DNA from: Antedon mediterranea
Taxonomy: Eukaryota; Animalia; Echinodermata
NCBI RefSeq assembly: GCF_964355755.1
Contig: NC_092675.1
Coordinates: 367,812 to 431,811, forward strand
Direction: 5' to 3'
DNA: 64,000 nucleotides
Shown: in pieces, positions 38,201 to 52,200 of the stretch
How the letters are laid out: each line of letters opens with the position of its first letter
Position numbering within the stretch: position 1 is the stretch's first letter
Notes under the pieces: model-generated
Database searches by the model: none
Told to the model about the DNA's origin: nothing
What the model saw: only the letters and a program-made list of their open reading frames with translations
Position numbers and translations under genes: made by a program

Positions 38201-41200
38201 TGATGTGTAATTAAACCAATCAAATGAAAAAGATACACTCCCAGTTGAGTTTTATTGTAGGCTATAATAAAAGATGCTTACCATCTTCACAATGTGTGCC
38301 AGAATATCCTGCAGAACAAGTACAAGTGAAGCTGTTTGGGTTATCTGTACATTCACCATTGTTCTGACATGGGTTACTTGAACATTCATCAATATCTATA
38401 GTTACAGCAAAGAAAAGACAACAAAATTGCCATAATACATTTTATCAATATTTGACATAGAGGTCATGTGCTTAAATAGTCACACAGGTCATTTGAAGTA
38501 AATTAAATTTAGACAACAAATGTAGGCATGTAATTATAATACTGTACCTGCATATGTTTCCTAATAAACTAAATATATAGTTTCTATTTGTTTATTTTAT
38601 ATTATTATCTTTGTTACTATAGTAGCAATGTATCCATATGATGGATTTAAACCATAAACATATTCTTGTTTGCAAGAAATGTGATAAAATTAAGGCTTTT
38701 TTAAGGGGCTCGATGGATATTACAGGCTGCCACCAAATGATGGTGAATTACACTACACACAAGTTATTTTATTATTACTTTTCAGGTAATCTGTAAATAC
38801 CCTCTAAATTAAGTGTAAATACATAGTTATATCACACTTACAAAACTCACTCATTTATTACATTTGGTCTAATAATATGCTATCCACTATCCCCAGAAAG
38901 TCCCTACTAGCCCGAGATGGAAAATCAGACAGACTATTGCCATTTTGAATGCTTAAAAAAAACGGGCAAGGCCAAAACAGCTGCTGGTTTTGACAAAAAA
39001 AACTCTCAAACTTTTTACAAAAACATTTATCACTTTTCAATTCAATAAAACTAATGACGGGAGGTGTAGGGTGCCCCCGTAGATTTGAGATGTTTTGTGT
39101 GGATGAGGAGAACGCACCGGAGGGGAGATGAACACAATGAATGGAGTTGAGTGAACGTTTCCGAGTAATTAGTGATGTGTATATGTTTTTCTATGTTTTT
39201 TATTGTGTTCACATACCCTTCAAAATGGGTCACTTCATTTTTTCATTTCATTTTATTGTTCCACATAAAATATGACAAGACAAAGAAAAAAAAGAATCTA
39301 AAAAACCTGGGTAGTTATTTGTTTATGTGAGGAGACTCAAGTAAGCCAAAAAAGGCTTTAAGGCTGAGTTCCAAAATACATCACATAGTACATGGTAACG
39401 TATATTACTTGTTATATAACACCTATATAAATTCCTGTCATTTGATTGGACGAATGTGGATCACATGGCGTGCAATAGTACGCACTATTCAACGATCGTT
39501 AAATAGTACTTTTTGAAACATTTTTGTTTGTTATTTAGATGTTATATAAAACAAATAATGAATGTTTTGTATTCGTGTAATGGTACAAATAATGGCACTT
39601 GGTGAATGATGAAAGGTTATATCAACTCGGCTTTGCCTCGTTGATATAACCTTTCATCATTCACCTCGTGCCATTATTTGTACCATTGCACTCATAAACA
39701 TTCATTATTTGTATATTAATTAATAATTCGATGTTTTAAGAGGTATAATACGATGGTTGGATGACAGTAGAATTCGAGTGTGAAGATGTTTACTGTAGTT
39801 TGAACTTACATCGGGTGTAAAGGATTTCATAGATTAAAGTAGATTTACTAGACAGAAAGTTTTGTTATTTTGTTTTCAATGTTATCAACGGATCAAGATA
39901 ATTGGAGTGTCACTGATATTGCATTTTTTTTTAGTTCAAAGACAAGGAATTATTGATACTGTTGTGTACTACTTATTAAACGGTTGCAAAATTTTATACT
40001 TAGTTGTATTTACTTTATTTGGATTCTATACGATCTGAAGGGGCTACATATTGATAACTCCACTGCCCACATTACGACACTAATACTGAATGGTAATTAA
40101 CTAATCAAAAAGAAAAGATACACTCACTTGAGTTTTATTGTAGGCTAATAAAAGATGCTTACCAATTTCACATTTTTTGCCAGAATATCCTGCAGAACAA
40201 TTTGTACAAGTGAAGCTGTTTGGGTTATCTGTACATTCACCATTGTTCTGACATGGGTTACTTGAACATTCATCAATATCTATAGTTACAGCACAGAAAG
40301 AACAACAAAATTGCCATAATACATTTTATCAATATTTGAAATATACGAGTACTGCTCACTGAAAATATTTGGAAAAAAGGCGTTTGTCATTATTACAAGA
40401 GGGGTTCATTACTTAACTGTTTAGCAACTACCATCGTGTTTAATTGGAACTCGCGGTACAGTTTATTACAGCGTTCAAAATATTGTTGAACAAAAGGTCA
40501 TGGAGCTATATTATTACGTAATCCTTGATGTGCCTGTTTATTAGAACAATTAAAGACTATAGCTAACAGGTGTTAACAGTTTGTAACAATTTTACAGACG
40601 GTATAGAAAAGACTTTGTTTTATGTAGCCTAAAAAGGAAAGTTAAAATGTAAACCTTTTTTCTCTTTATGCAATCAAATTTAATACGTACTATGCAAATT
40701 ATTTTATGAAATTATCAGTATTCGATTTATTCACAGTATATCATTTTTATTGAATGAATAGAAATACCCAGTAATCATTATGTTTTAAAGTAGTTATGTA
40801 CTGTACATATAATAAGTCAAATGTGTAGGCGTGGTAACTCCCAAAAATTACACATTTATTATAGATAGTGGATTATTTGATATACGATATTTAATATCAA
40901 ACTGCACTATTAAAATGATTTGTTTTTTGTTTTTTTTGTCTTGTGTGGGTTCATCCCACTTTTATTATCATACTCTGTTATTATATTTTTTAAACATATT
41001 TTTTCCTCTCGTTTATATCTTACAATGTTAAAAGTAATTGTAATAAAAACATTGCATTCATTATTTTACATTTAAAAAAAGTAATTTAAATATATAAAAT
41101 AATTAACAAAATGCCTAATAAAAGACGATAAAAATTGATTAAAATTGATTGACAGCTGTAATTATTCTATAAAGCTCGTGTTCGTGTTCATGATTTGTTT

Positions 41201-44200
41201 ATTTATGAAACTTGTTTGGAATATAGCCCTATTCGATATGATTTCTTGTATTACTTTATGTATTTTTCAATCTGAAATAAAAGAATGAATGAATAGCAAC
41301 ATTTTCACCATATTTATATACTTACCAATTTCACAATTTGTGCCAGAATATCCTGGAGTACAAGTACAAATGAAGCTGTTTGGGTTATCTGTACATTCAC
41401 CATTGTTCTGACATGGGGTACTTGAACATTCATCAATATCTATATTTATCATGAAAACTGATAGTTAAAACCCCTACTATCTGAGCCACAGCACGCTCAG
41501 GTTTGGGCGCACGCGTAACTTTCTGTAAAACAAGCCATTTTTTTTCCATAGATAGCGCATGACATAAATTTAAACTTTGCTAAGTTTCAATTTAAATTGT
41601 TGTATGGTTATCGACCATGTTAAATACCAGAAATTCATAAAATCGCGCGTAACTTACGCTGCGTGACTCTAAAGTCATATAACAAAGTTTTTTGCACATC
41701 TACAGCTTCAGGTCAATCTTTTAAAAAGTTATACAATCTTATGTTAACCAATCTTATTGGTTATCCGCCAAGTGCGGATAACCAATTAATAAAATGGCAA
41801 GGACACGACGTTATAATATTCTGAATTAAACCATATATTCTGCTTACCATTTTCACATTTAGTGCCAGAATATCCTGGAGAACAAGTACAAGTGAAGCTG
41901 TTTGGGTTATCTGTACATTCACCATTGTTCTGACATGGGTTACTTGAACATTCATCAATATCTATAGTCAACAAAACTTACAGGTGTGTAAAAATGCAAA
42001 ATTGCCAAAGTAGGTGGGCCTTCATTTGTTTATTTATTTACCAATATTTGTCACCAGCAATGTACCCATCTACGATGGATTAACCATACTATATAATCTT
42101 GTGCATACAGAATAGTAGTTCACCCCTTTGATTAATTGCATAAATTATATTCTCCATAACATAATAACATACTGTAGATTTTTTATTTTTATATTAAATT
42201 TAGTGTAGTTTGATTATTAGGCCTACTGTACCTGTATCACAATTTGTTCCATCATATCCATCTGCACACAAACAAAAGTAAGAAACAGTTGTGCCTATAG
42301 GTATACATGTTCCTCCATTTTGACATGGGTTTGAATTACATGGAGTCACTGTCCGACAAAGTAAGAATTGAATATGTAATAGATGAAATCAAGGAGTAAA
42401 ATGTATGTAAAACCATACTACACAGTACATCAAAAATGTCATTCAATGTGTATTTCTCTCAGTTTATAGTGTAAAAGGAGTATTAGATTTACAAGACTCC
42501 ATGACACAATTGTAAATGATCACTTCTATCAATCAATTATGCAGTTTTAAAGTTAAGATTTTATACATAGAGGACATTAAAGCAAAATGTCCACCTTCTC
42601 ATGGTCTAAAACAAACCATATATAATGCTTACCATTTTCACATTTAGTGCCAGAATATCCTGGAGAACAAGTACAAGTGAAGCTGTTCAAGTTATCTGTA
42701 CATTCACCATTGTTCTCACATGGGTTACTTGAACATTCATCAATATCTATATTTAACATGAAAACTAATTAGTTAAAACCCCTACTACTGTATCTGAGCC
42801 ACAGCACGCTCAGGTTTGGGCGCGCGCGTAACTTTCTGTAAAACAAGCCATTTTTTTTCCATAGATAGCGCATGACATAAATTTAAACTTTGCTAAGTTT
42901 CAATTTAAATTGTTGTATGGTTATCGACCATGTTAAATACCAGAAATTCATAAAATCGCGCGTAACTTACGCTGCAAGACTCTAAAGTCATATAACGAAG
43001 TTTTTTGCACATCTACAGCTTCAGGTCAATCTTTTAAAAAGTTATACAATCTTATGTTAACCAATCTTATTGGTTATCTGCCAAGTGCGGATAACCAATT
43101 AATAAAATGGCAAGGACACAACGTTATAATATTCTGAAATAAGCCATATATTCTGCTTACCATTTTCACATTTAGTGCCAGAATATCCTGGAGAACAAGT
43201 ACAAGTGAAGCTGTTTGGGTTATCTGTACATTCACCATTGTTCTGACATGGGTTACTTGAACATTCATCAATATCTATAGTCAACAAAACTTACAGGTGT
43301 GTAAAAATGCAAATTGCCAAAGTAGGTGGGCCTTCATTTGTTTATTTATTTACCAATATTTGTCACCAGCAATGTACCCATCTACGATGGATTAACCATA
43401 CTATATAATCTTGTGCATACAGAATAGTAGTTCACCCCTTTGATTAATTGCATAAATTATATTCTCCATAACATAATAACATACTGTAGATTTTTTATTT
43501 TTATATTAAATTTAGTGTAGTTTGATTATTAGGCCTACTGTACCTGTATCACAATTTGTTCCATCATATCCATCTGCACACAAACAAAAGTAAGAAACAG
43601 TTGTGCCTATAGGTATACATGTTCCTCCATTTTGACATGGGTTTGAATTACATGGAGTCACTGTCCGACAAATAAGAATTGAATATGTAATAGATAAAAT
43701 CAAGGAGTAAAATGTATGTAAAACCATACTACACAGTACATCAACATTTCATTCAATGTGTATTTCGCTCAGTTTATAGTGTAAAAGGAGTATTAGATTT
43801 ACAAGACTCCATGACACAATTGTAAATGATCACTTTTATACATAGAGAACATGTACTGTACATTAAAGCAAAATGTCCACCTTCTCATGGTCTAAAACAA
43901 ACCATATTTTCAGCTTACCATTTTCACATGTTATGCCTGAATATCCTGGATAACATGTACAAGTGAAGCTGTTCAAGTTATCTGTACAATCACCATTGTT
44001 CTCACATGGGTTACTTGAACATTCATCAATATCTATATTCAACAAAAGTTACAGGTGTTATAGCACAGAAAAGTACAAAGACAAAATTTCTACAGTAGGC
44101 CTACATTTTTTACTTGACCACCTGAGCCATACAAAATCAAAGGTATAGGCTGGTCACTGTCTGGGGTGGTGCAAAAATTGTACTCCCTAACCCCTCTACA

Positions 44201-44942
44201 CCATTGTCTTCAGCCATATAACAGGGGTTGCAAAGATAAAGTGCTATATAGGTTGCTATCTATAAATATATAATCTCCAGGACCTAAACTCCTTCATGGT
44301 TAGGGCTGAGCTGCAAGGGTCCCCAGAAATGGCACTTATAATTTCAATTATAAAACAAAATATAATAACCATCTCCAGCATCTCAGCCACACCATGCTTG
44401 GGGTTAGGTAAAGGCAATTTGTAAAAATAGAGCTGCTGCTGGCCCTAAGAAATTGCAGTTAATATTTGTAGTCAAGCTTCATCATGCTTGGGGCAAGCCT
44501 TGAAATCTATTTCGCATATAGTGTAGTGTTTATTCATAAGAAAGAGCAAGTATTTTTATGAACTAATCAAGTTCTACTACTCCCGATATATTTCACATTT
44601 TTCCTGTAGGCTAGTACTAGTAGGAGCTATGAGCATGTGAACCCTTTTGCTACGTTTTGCATTGAATATTCACAAAATATCTGAAAAGCTTGCTATACCT
44701 TCAATCATTAAAATTAAGAAAAATGCTTGGCAGATGAATCAAAATGATTCAGCCTTTGACTGCAATTTATATATTAAATAAAAAGAAATTATATTAATAA
44801 AATGACAAGGACACAATATTCTGCTCACCCTCTTCACAATTTGTGCCAGAATATCCTGGAGAACAAGTACAAGTGAAGCTGTTTGGGTTATCTGTACATT
44901 CACCATTGTTCTGACATGGGTTACTTGAACATTCATCAATAT
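35241..44942 (-). CDS. Gene 2: 10 EGF repeats (8 Ca-binding DIDEC type), TM, cytoplasmic exon with a premature stop; 5' end unresolved
   Basis: EGF exons: 44942-44829, 44032-43919, 43660-43544, 43274-43161, 42746-42633, 42348-42232, 41961-41848, 41439-41326, 40279-40163, 38395-38282. TM exon 37337-37253 ([28 protein letters not shown]). Tail exon from 35454 with TAA at 35444-35442. Possible upstream donor at 45420. Confidence 0.82.
36100..36968 (+). mobile_element. 5'-truncated, frameshifted RTE-like LINE 3' end
   Basis: [35 protein letters not shown]; ends in a (TATG)n tail. Confidence 0.8.
39410..39716. mobile_element. Non-autonomous element with a long internal palindrome (possibly Crypton-like)
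   Basis: Imperfect inverted repeat 39551-39712 centred on AACTCGGCTTTGCCTCGTTG. Confidence 0.55.
41326..44040. repeat. ~1.3-kb tandem duplication of a three-EGF-exon module in gene 2
   Basis: Exons 41848/43161 (offset 1313) and 42232/43544, plus the intervening introns, are near-identical. Confidence 0.9.
41470..41792 (-). mobile_element. Helentron/HINE-like non-autonomous insertion, duplicated at ~42780-43105
   Basis: Subterminal hairpin TTGGTTATCCGC-CAAGT-GCGGATAACCAA; present in both copies of the duplication. Confidence 0.4.
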
Positions 44943-47229
44943 CTATATTCAACAAAATTACAGATAGCACAGAAAAGTACAAAAATTACCACAGTAGGCC
45001 TACATTTTACCAATGTTTTTCACTAGCAATGTACCTATGATGGATTTATCATAAATATATTCTTGAGCATACAGTTTTATGCCTTATAGATATTTTTTAT
45101 AGTAGTTTTAATGGTCATCATTATTTTCCAATACTGTAGATCTATTTTAAATGTAATCGCTGAGGAGAAGCGCCACAACATTCGTCGCATGCGTGATGTG
45201 GTTGAAGATGCTCAAATGGTTTGCGTACAAGTTCTACACGGAAATTAAAAATAAAACTACACGCTTACTATATTGGTGACACACGCTCATAAACAATGCA
45301 TTCACAAAAGCATAACGAACAAACAGATACATATCAATGGGATATTCCGGGATTAATACAATAATAAAGACTTTTTAAAACTTACCGGAATTACCGGTAC
45401 TAAAAAAAACCAGACTTACCTTTAACATGTGAGTACGGGAGTCGTACTTCACTAAAACCTCACTTCAAATTAAAATACAAGTTTTAAAATATAAAAAAGA
45501 AAGAGAATAAACAAAAATATATATAACTGAGGAGAAAAAAACAGTTCACGACGATAGAAATATAGATAATATGCGAAAGATTTGGCACTAAGTTAAAATG
45601 TTCAAATAGTCTTGAGAGTACGTTTTAAACTAGCTCTCAACTACATTCTCTATTTAAAAATCGGACCGTAATTATTTCCAGAAACACTTTTCGTGACGAT
45701 TGGAATTTTAAGTTTTTGACAGTTTTGTTTCGTAATATATTTTTATTTTTTTATTTATTTATTCGATTTTCTGCCATATACAATACAAATAAGACAAAAC
45801 AATTATAAAAAGAGGGCAAGGAAAGACCAAACAGGTGCTAAACACCTATGCTAGTTGGTCAACCCAGAACATACAGAGTACAGAAAGAAAGAGATAAATA
45901 AAAAAATAAAATTACGTTCTACAGATACAGATAACTTTTATTGTCCAAATAAACTGGAAATTGCATTTGCTCACTTATCACATAAAAATATCGTATAAAA
46001 ATAAAGTATATAAAATGTAGAATAACAATTAAAGCATCTACAAGAAAGCGACCAACTACACACATTTTCAATATTAAAATTATTTAAAAAGTAAATATTG
46101 AAATAATTCAATTAATTTAATTAGCTATATATCGATGGGGGAAGAAACAGACATGTCTGATGTGTCAATTGGAATGTAGAGTTACTATCGGTTCGCGCTC
46201 AAATTAGCTGGGATTGAATTTCCTTTGCCTAATTTTGTCAAAGCAATGTTTAAGCAGTATGCCTAATTATTAAATGTATATTAATGTAAAATTATGTTAT
46301 TCATTCATGATTGACTGTATTTTAAAAATACCTCCAAAGGATAACCTGTAAATGTACCCTACATTAATGTAAAAAGTACAATGATTACTGGTGAAATGTA
46401 CTGTACATTATTAATTAAATATTACATTTATTTCTAGGCTCGTCTTTCATAGATCATACCATTAAGCAGTGCACATATCACCTATCCATGCTTTATCCCC
46501 CCAATATGTTAATATTATGTTTATGTTTATCGAATTATCTATCGAATGTGTTGCCACCACTGTTGATTTGTGAATAATCAAAGGTGCGCATAGAAACTGA
46601 CAATACGCGTAAATAATACATGTCGATTATATAGCAGAGCAAAAAGTACAGTAGATTATAGAAGGATATGCACTGGACTACTGTCACTTAGTAACATATG
46701 AATTGGGGTGGGTTGGAGTGGGGATGTTCTCAGCAGAATAAAACAGGAAAAGATCCGAAAAAAATATATAAAGAAAATGTGTGATTCCATGGTATTTTTT
46801 TCACTTTGTAAATTTAATGAAAGGAATACAGGATATGGAATTGTTATTGTTTGATGACTTTGCTGCTAAAAAAAGTTCATTAAACTAATAGTGATTTCAT
46901 AATTCTTATTGCTTTGTGAATAATCAAGGGTGCGCATCAGGTGCGTGGGTACAGGTGTTTGAGTAGGAGGGCAAGAATTAGGTGACATTAATTGTCTTGT
47001 AGATATTTTCATTTGTTGGATACGATCACTAGCATGCCGCGCCGCGTGGTACATCCGATAATAATAGATAGATTTATTTTGTATTATAGTACAGTTTATG
47101 ACTTTACTTAGATGCTACATTATTAATAATGTCTATGTAATGGGTCAAATTTACCAATCAGATATTTAATAACACTAAACTAGGTGTTGGTATGGTGATT
47201 GGCAATATTGTAAACTTGGTTTTAAGAAT

Positions 47230-47950
47230 AACATTTATGGAACTTTCTTTTTATATATACTAGGTATTAGGGTAACATTTGGCGATTGATCAATAAACTT
47301 TATGAAGATGTTAAAGGTGCTGTAAGATTTGGAGATATGGACACAGAATTCTTCAGTATTCAACAGGGTGTAAAGGAAAGCTGTGTACTTTCTCCGAATC
47401 CTATTTAACATTTTCAAAATGAATTTAAGAAATAGCTTGTATCAAACAATATTATTCGAATAACACTTTGATAGATGGGTTATTTGGGCAGATGATGTTA
47501 GTATTAGTTGCCAATAACGAACATGTATTGTCAAAAATGCTTGACCTTGCAACATTATTTGCTAAAAAATGGAATTAAATTTTAACTATTAACCAATGTT
47601 CTAGTTTTTGGGAAAAGAATTGACAGTCATAAAGCTAGGAGATAGATTTATTGTTGAAGTAGAGACTTACAAAATGTCGTCCATAATTCTAGGAAACTTA
47701 TAAATGACAAGGTACACTTTCAACATGTAATTACAAAATGAAATATAGCCTTATGTTTGGCCTATATCAAATCGTTAATTGACAATTGCAATCATTTTAA
47801 TAGGGTATATTTTGGAGATGTATTATGGAGGACAATCGGTCTACGGATCACCTGTTTGGTGTTCTTTAAATAAAGCTGATATTGATACACTAGAAAAAAT
47901 TACAAGTGCAATGGCTAGATATATTTATTCTTAAGGCGCCAACATCGTTG
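47230..47950 (+). mobile_element. Highly degenerate LINE RT fragment
   Basis: Broken frames give GVKESCVLSP..LFNIF (~47367-47416) and WADDV (~47485). Confidence 0.6.
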
Positions 47951-48691
47951 GCCAAAGGTTTTGCTTATAAATGCTCTGCTTGAACTTAATTGTAATCAGA
48001 ATGAGTTTCGTTTCAAATTTGTAACTTTTTTGAAGAGATTTGTAACACGATTGATAACCCTACTTCTACTGTATTTCTGAATGAAAAAGTAGGCCTAATG
48101 TAATTAGTATAAATATACCTGTACTCATGGAAATTACAAAGAAAAAACCAACGTTAGGACACCTAGTCTGTATTATACATATTACAGCATTATTGTTATG
48201 TAGTTTTACCGTTTATTTCTTTCTTTTCAAAAAATATAATCGTAAAATTACTGTATATATTAATGAAAATAGAAAGTGCTAAAATTACAATGCTGTGGTA
48301 TCAATGACTGGATTTCAAAGGAGTTACAAACAAAATATTATGAAAAATCTAAATCAAAAAGCTAAAGCAAAAGAGCCAGAAAAAACTGCAGAGCTTTCGG
48401 ATTCCTAGTACTAGAAATAAATGAATAATGGCTGACTTTTCAAATTAAATTGAACATTAAGTCCCTGGTTGAATTTTATTGCTTTACATCTAAGTATTAC
48501 ACATTTGATTATTAATACAGTATGCTTTATTTATTTTATTTATATTTTTTTATTTATTCGGGTATAAAACTTACAACAAGTAGCCGCAAGGCTAAAAACG
48601 TTGCATTTACAAAATTACTGTACAATTTACTTATATAACAATAAAAAGGATGTAAAAAAGCAAAATAAAAAGTACAACAATATCACTCACT

Positions 48692-49024
48692 GGCGAGTGA
48701 GTGGCCGAGCGGTTAAGACAGTGGAACCGTAATTACGTAGCCATAACATCGGCAAGGGTTCAAGGCTCACTCGCTCCATGGTTCTGGTGGTAAACCGTAG
48801 GTCCAGTGTACACATAGCTCATGCGCACTTTAAAGAACCTAGTACATCTTTCGAGACGAGTAGGGGGTTACCCCGGTGTACTAGTCCACACAAACATAGC
48901 CACTGTCACACACAGCCACTGTGCAAATTTGGACTGGACCGTTTTAGAGGTGTTTACCACCTGTTGGTCCAGATCCTTCACTAACTGAGTTAGTGAGAAG
49001 TCGAATAAATAAAAAATAAAAAAT
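48692..49024 (+). mobile_element. tRNA-derived SINE
   Basis: A-box TGGCCGAGCGG, B-box-like GGTTCAAGGC, unique body, A-rich (AATAAA)n tail. Confidence 0.75.
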
Positions 49025-49227
49025 ACTCTGTCGCTTTGGCTCTATGAACTATTGTTTAGCATATTGATTATTGCAGGGATGGGTGAATTTTTAAATCTTT
49101 TGGCTCTTGGTTTCTTTGAATTGTTGATATTTTACCTTGCCATTGCTTCGTAAAGTGTTAACAATATATGTCTAAATTAATTTATAAAGACATTCACATA
49201 AGAAGCATTTTAGTTATATTCTATATT

Positions 49228-52200
49228 TTAGTTGTTCAGAATCTCATAATCAGAATCTACTATTTGTGATGGCGCATGTGACATGATAGTATAGACACTG
49301 CGATTGCTTGGGACAACATTTTCATAACCGATAGTCTTCATATTATTGTTTGTTGCTGCCATCTCTGTGGAATTATCGATTACTTTGTTCTTCTTGGAAT
49401 AATAGAACCTAAAAGACATAATCGTTATAGTCAGCCATATAACTCTATTAGAGAACATAATGTTTTATTTATTTTTTAATTCATAATCTAATTCATAGGA
49501 ATGTTTATTTTGAAAGGAAGGAATTAAAGTCAGCTGCAGAAAAGTCAGGGTGACAAAGTTTGACATGAAATAGAGGTGGATTTCACAAATTTGGAATCAA
49601 AAAGTGCAGGAACATGGTGTGTACTAGAGAGCAAGCAACAAAAGAGTAATGCTTAAGTGAAAAGAACTACAGAACATTGGTATGAAAAGCATTGATGTAT
49701 ACCGTGTATGGGCTGTAGACGGAGAACAAAGAAGAGAAAGATTTGAAAGTAATGTGTAGTAGCCTAACAGGATGTTAAATGAGGGGAAAAATCGACCGAT
49801 GACATCTGAGAAAATGAGTAGAGCTAAAGAGAAGTTGGTGGAGAAGCTAGGGGTTGTGGGTGATGGGGTGTCTTTTATATGGGGAATGTTTTAATACCAC
49901 AAAAAAATATTTATAAATCAATCACTTTCAGATAAAGTTGAAAAATAAATATTCTCACTTGTAATAAAAGACCAAAGCTGGAATCACCAAAATGATAATC
50001 CCAAGAATAGTTATTAATGCTATCATCAAGTAATTGACTACAGGACAAAATTCAAGAAAAACAAAATTTTGTTAAATAAAATATATGTACACAATAATAT
50101 ATATCTTTTATTTTACTTAGACAAGACAATAATATGTTTTATAGACTACTAATTGTATTTTTCTATATTATTATCTTGTTGTATACTGAATTATTATTTC
50201 GTATTCGTATTTAATGTTATATCTTGGGGTGGGTCAAAATTAAAGTCTTTCTGACTTATATGACTCTCCCCCCACATGATTACTTATTAGTATTTTTTAT
50301 CCTGTATGTATGTTATTATATTGTGAAAATATATTAAATTGAATTGAATTGAAATTATAGCATTCATTTTGTTACAATTAGTCTTACACCCAGCTGAATC
50401 TTGATAAGTGGTGTCAAACTCCACTGCCACTGTAAATCCACAGCTTCCTGTATTACCAGCAGTATCAGTAGCATTACAAGTAACATCAGTTGAACCAGCA
50501 TTGAATAATGAACCAGAAGATGGAGTACAAGTAGCTGGCAGACCAGTATCAAAATTGTCACTGACTGAGGGGTCATCCCATGTAACTTGGTCTGTGTATA
50601 CTTCAATGTTATCTGGACAAGTCACTGTAGGATCACCAGCATCTACAATCAGTTTCAAATATATATTTGTTTGTTATGCACATCATATGATATGTTATCA
50701 AGGAAGTGGTAGAATTTGTTGTAAAATGTCCTCATGAACCATTTTCCACATCTGACCACAAGGTCAGGAATGTAAAATAGTAGCTCTAATAATGTACGCC
50801 GAGGAGGAGGAGAACAAGGTGACAAAAGTTACAGGTAGTTGCCAGTAAGTTTAGGTTGGTGGAGGTGGGTGTCAATTAGTGTGTGAAACAGGTTTAGTGT
50901 ACTGTAGGTGCCATAACAGGGCTGAGTGCTCCAAGTTAAGGGCAAGTGGAAACTGGTTTATGGTGTATGGTGGTGTCAACAAGTTTGATGGATGGCGGAT
51001 TCAAGGGAGAGACAGCACACCCCCCCCCCCCCTATCTTTTTGCAAATTGTAATGATGAAAAGATAGGACACTAATTTCAGTACAGGCACTGGCCCTCCCC
51101 CTATTTCAAAATCCTGGATCTGCCACTATGTGGGGTCTAAAAAGTACAGGATGTGATGAGTTTAAGATGTGTTATTGTTAGTGTTATGTTTTGTACACGC
51201 TAAAGACACTACAACAGTACACAGGTATAATAGACACGACTCAGTCAGGTGTGGATTCCAAGTGAACGAGGCATTTATTAACAACCGCCTATTATACTAT
51301 TCTACCAATAATATCAATGCGCGTAGACCAATCACCCATGTCTTAATACACGACATTTCTCCCTTTTTAATTTGGAAACCTATTTTCACATTTTATATAT
51401 TTTTTTTTTTACAGATTTTCAATACATTTTATTAAAATTAACAATACACCAAAATCTTAACGCAGAGCTTATACGCTGAATAGTCGAATGGATCAATGAA
51501 CGTTAGTTATTAAATATGTACAACCAAACATAATACTACAGTAAATACTGCAAAGATGACTGTCTATAGAGTTATGTTTTAAAATGACTACAAAGCAAAT
51601 TCAATCATGCCGCTAAACAAACAATACTATAGAAACATTATCATTCAATAATGAAACCGATCTGGCGCTTTGCGCACTCTGGTTGACCTTCTTAACACAC
51701 TTGGTTTAGTAGCAACATTACTTTTAACATTATCATTTATACAATTTTCTTTAGTCTGTTCAATAGCATCATTACTTTTAACATTATCATTTATACAATT
51801 TTCTTTAGTCTTTCTACTCAAAATTTCTTCTACTCTCTTATCTACATATTCCGTATCCATATCCTCCCCTTCTTTATTTTCAAAATCTACATTTACACCT
51901 CTATCTTTAATTTGATCAACATGTCTTTTCCAAACCAATTTATTTCCAACATCAATTTTATAGTTTAGAGGACCTTCCTGGTTTACAACAACACCAGGAA
52001 CCCACTTAGTTTGTCCTATATAATTTCGCACATAAACCAAATCGTTTGTTTCGTATAAACGCAACTTTCGATCTCGTTTATGCATGGCTTTGTGTAAATT
52101 ATTTCTCACAGAATCATTAATATTGGGTCGAAGGATATCTAATCTAGTTCTTATAGAACGGTTCATAAACAACTTTGCAGGCGTCTCTTTAGTCAATGAG

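Noticed and set aside
38282-44942. Assigning Notch, fibropellin or hyalin gene symbols
   Set aside because: Only generic EGF/HYR similarity; no LNR, ankyrin, CUB or avidin domains, and the architecture differs.
48692-48780. Possible tRNA gene
   Set aside because: No clean anticodon arm, and it is followed by a SINE body and A-rich tail.
50720-50990. Possible additional LINE 3' relics here and at ~49500-49900
   Set aside because: Too degenerate to support without a repeat-library search.
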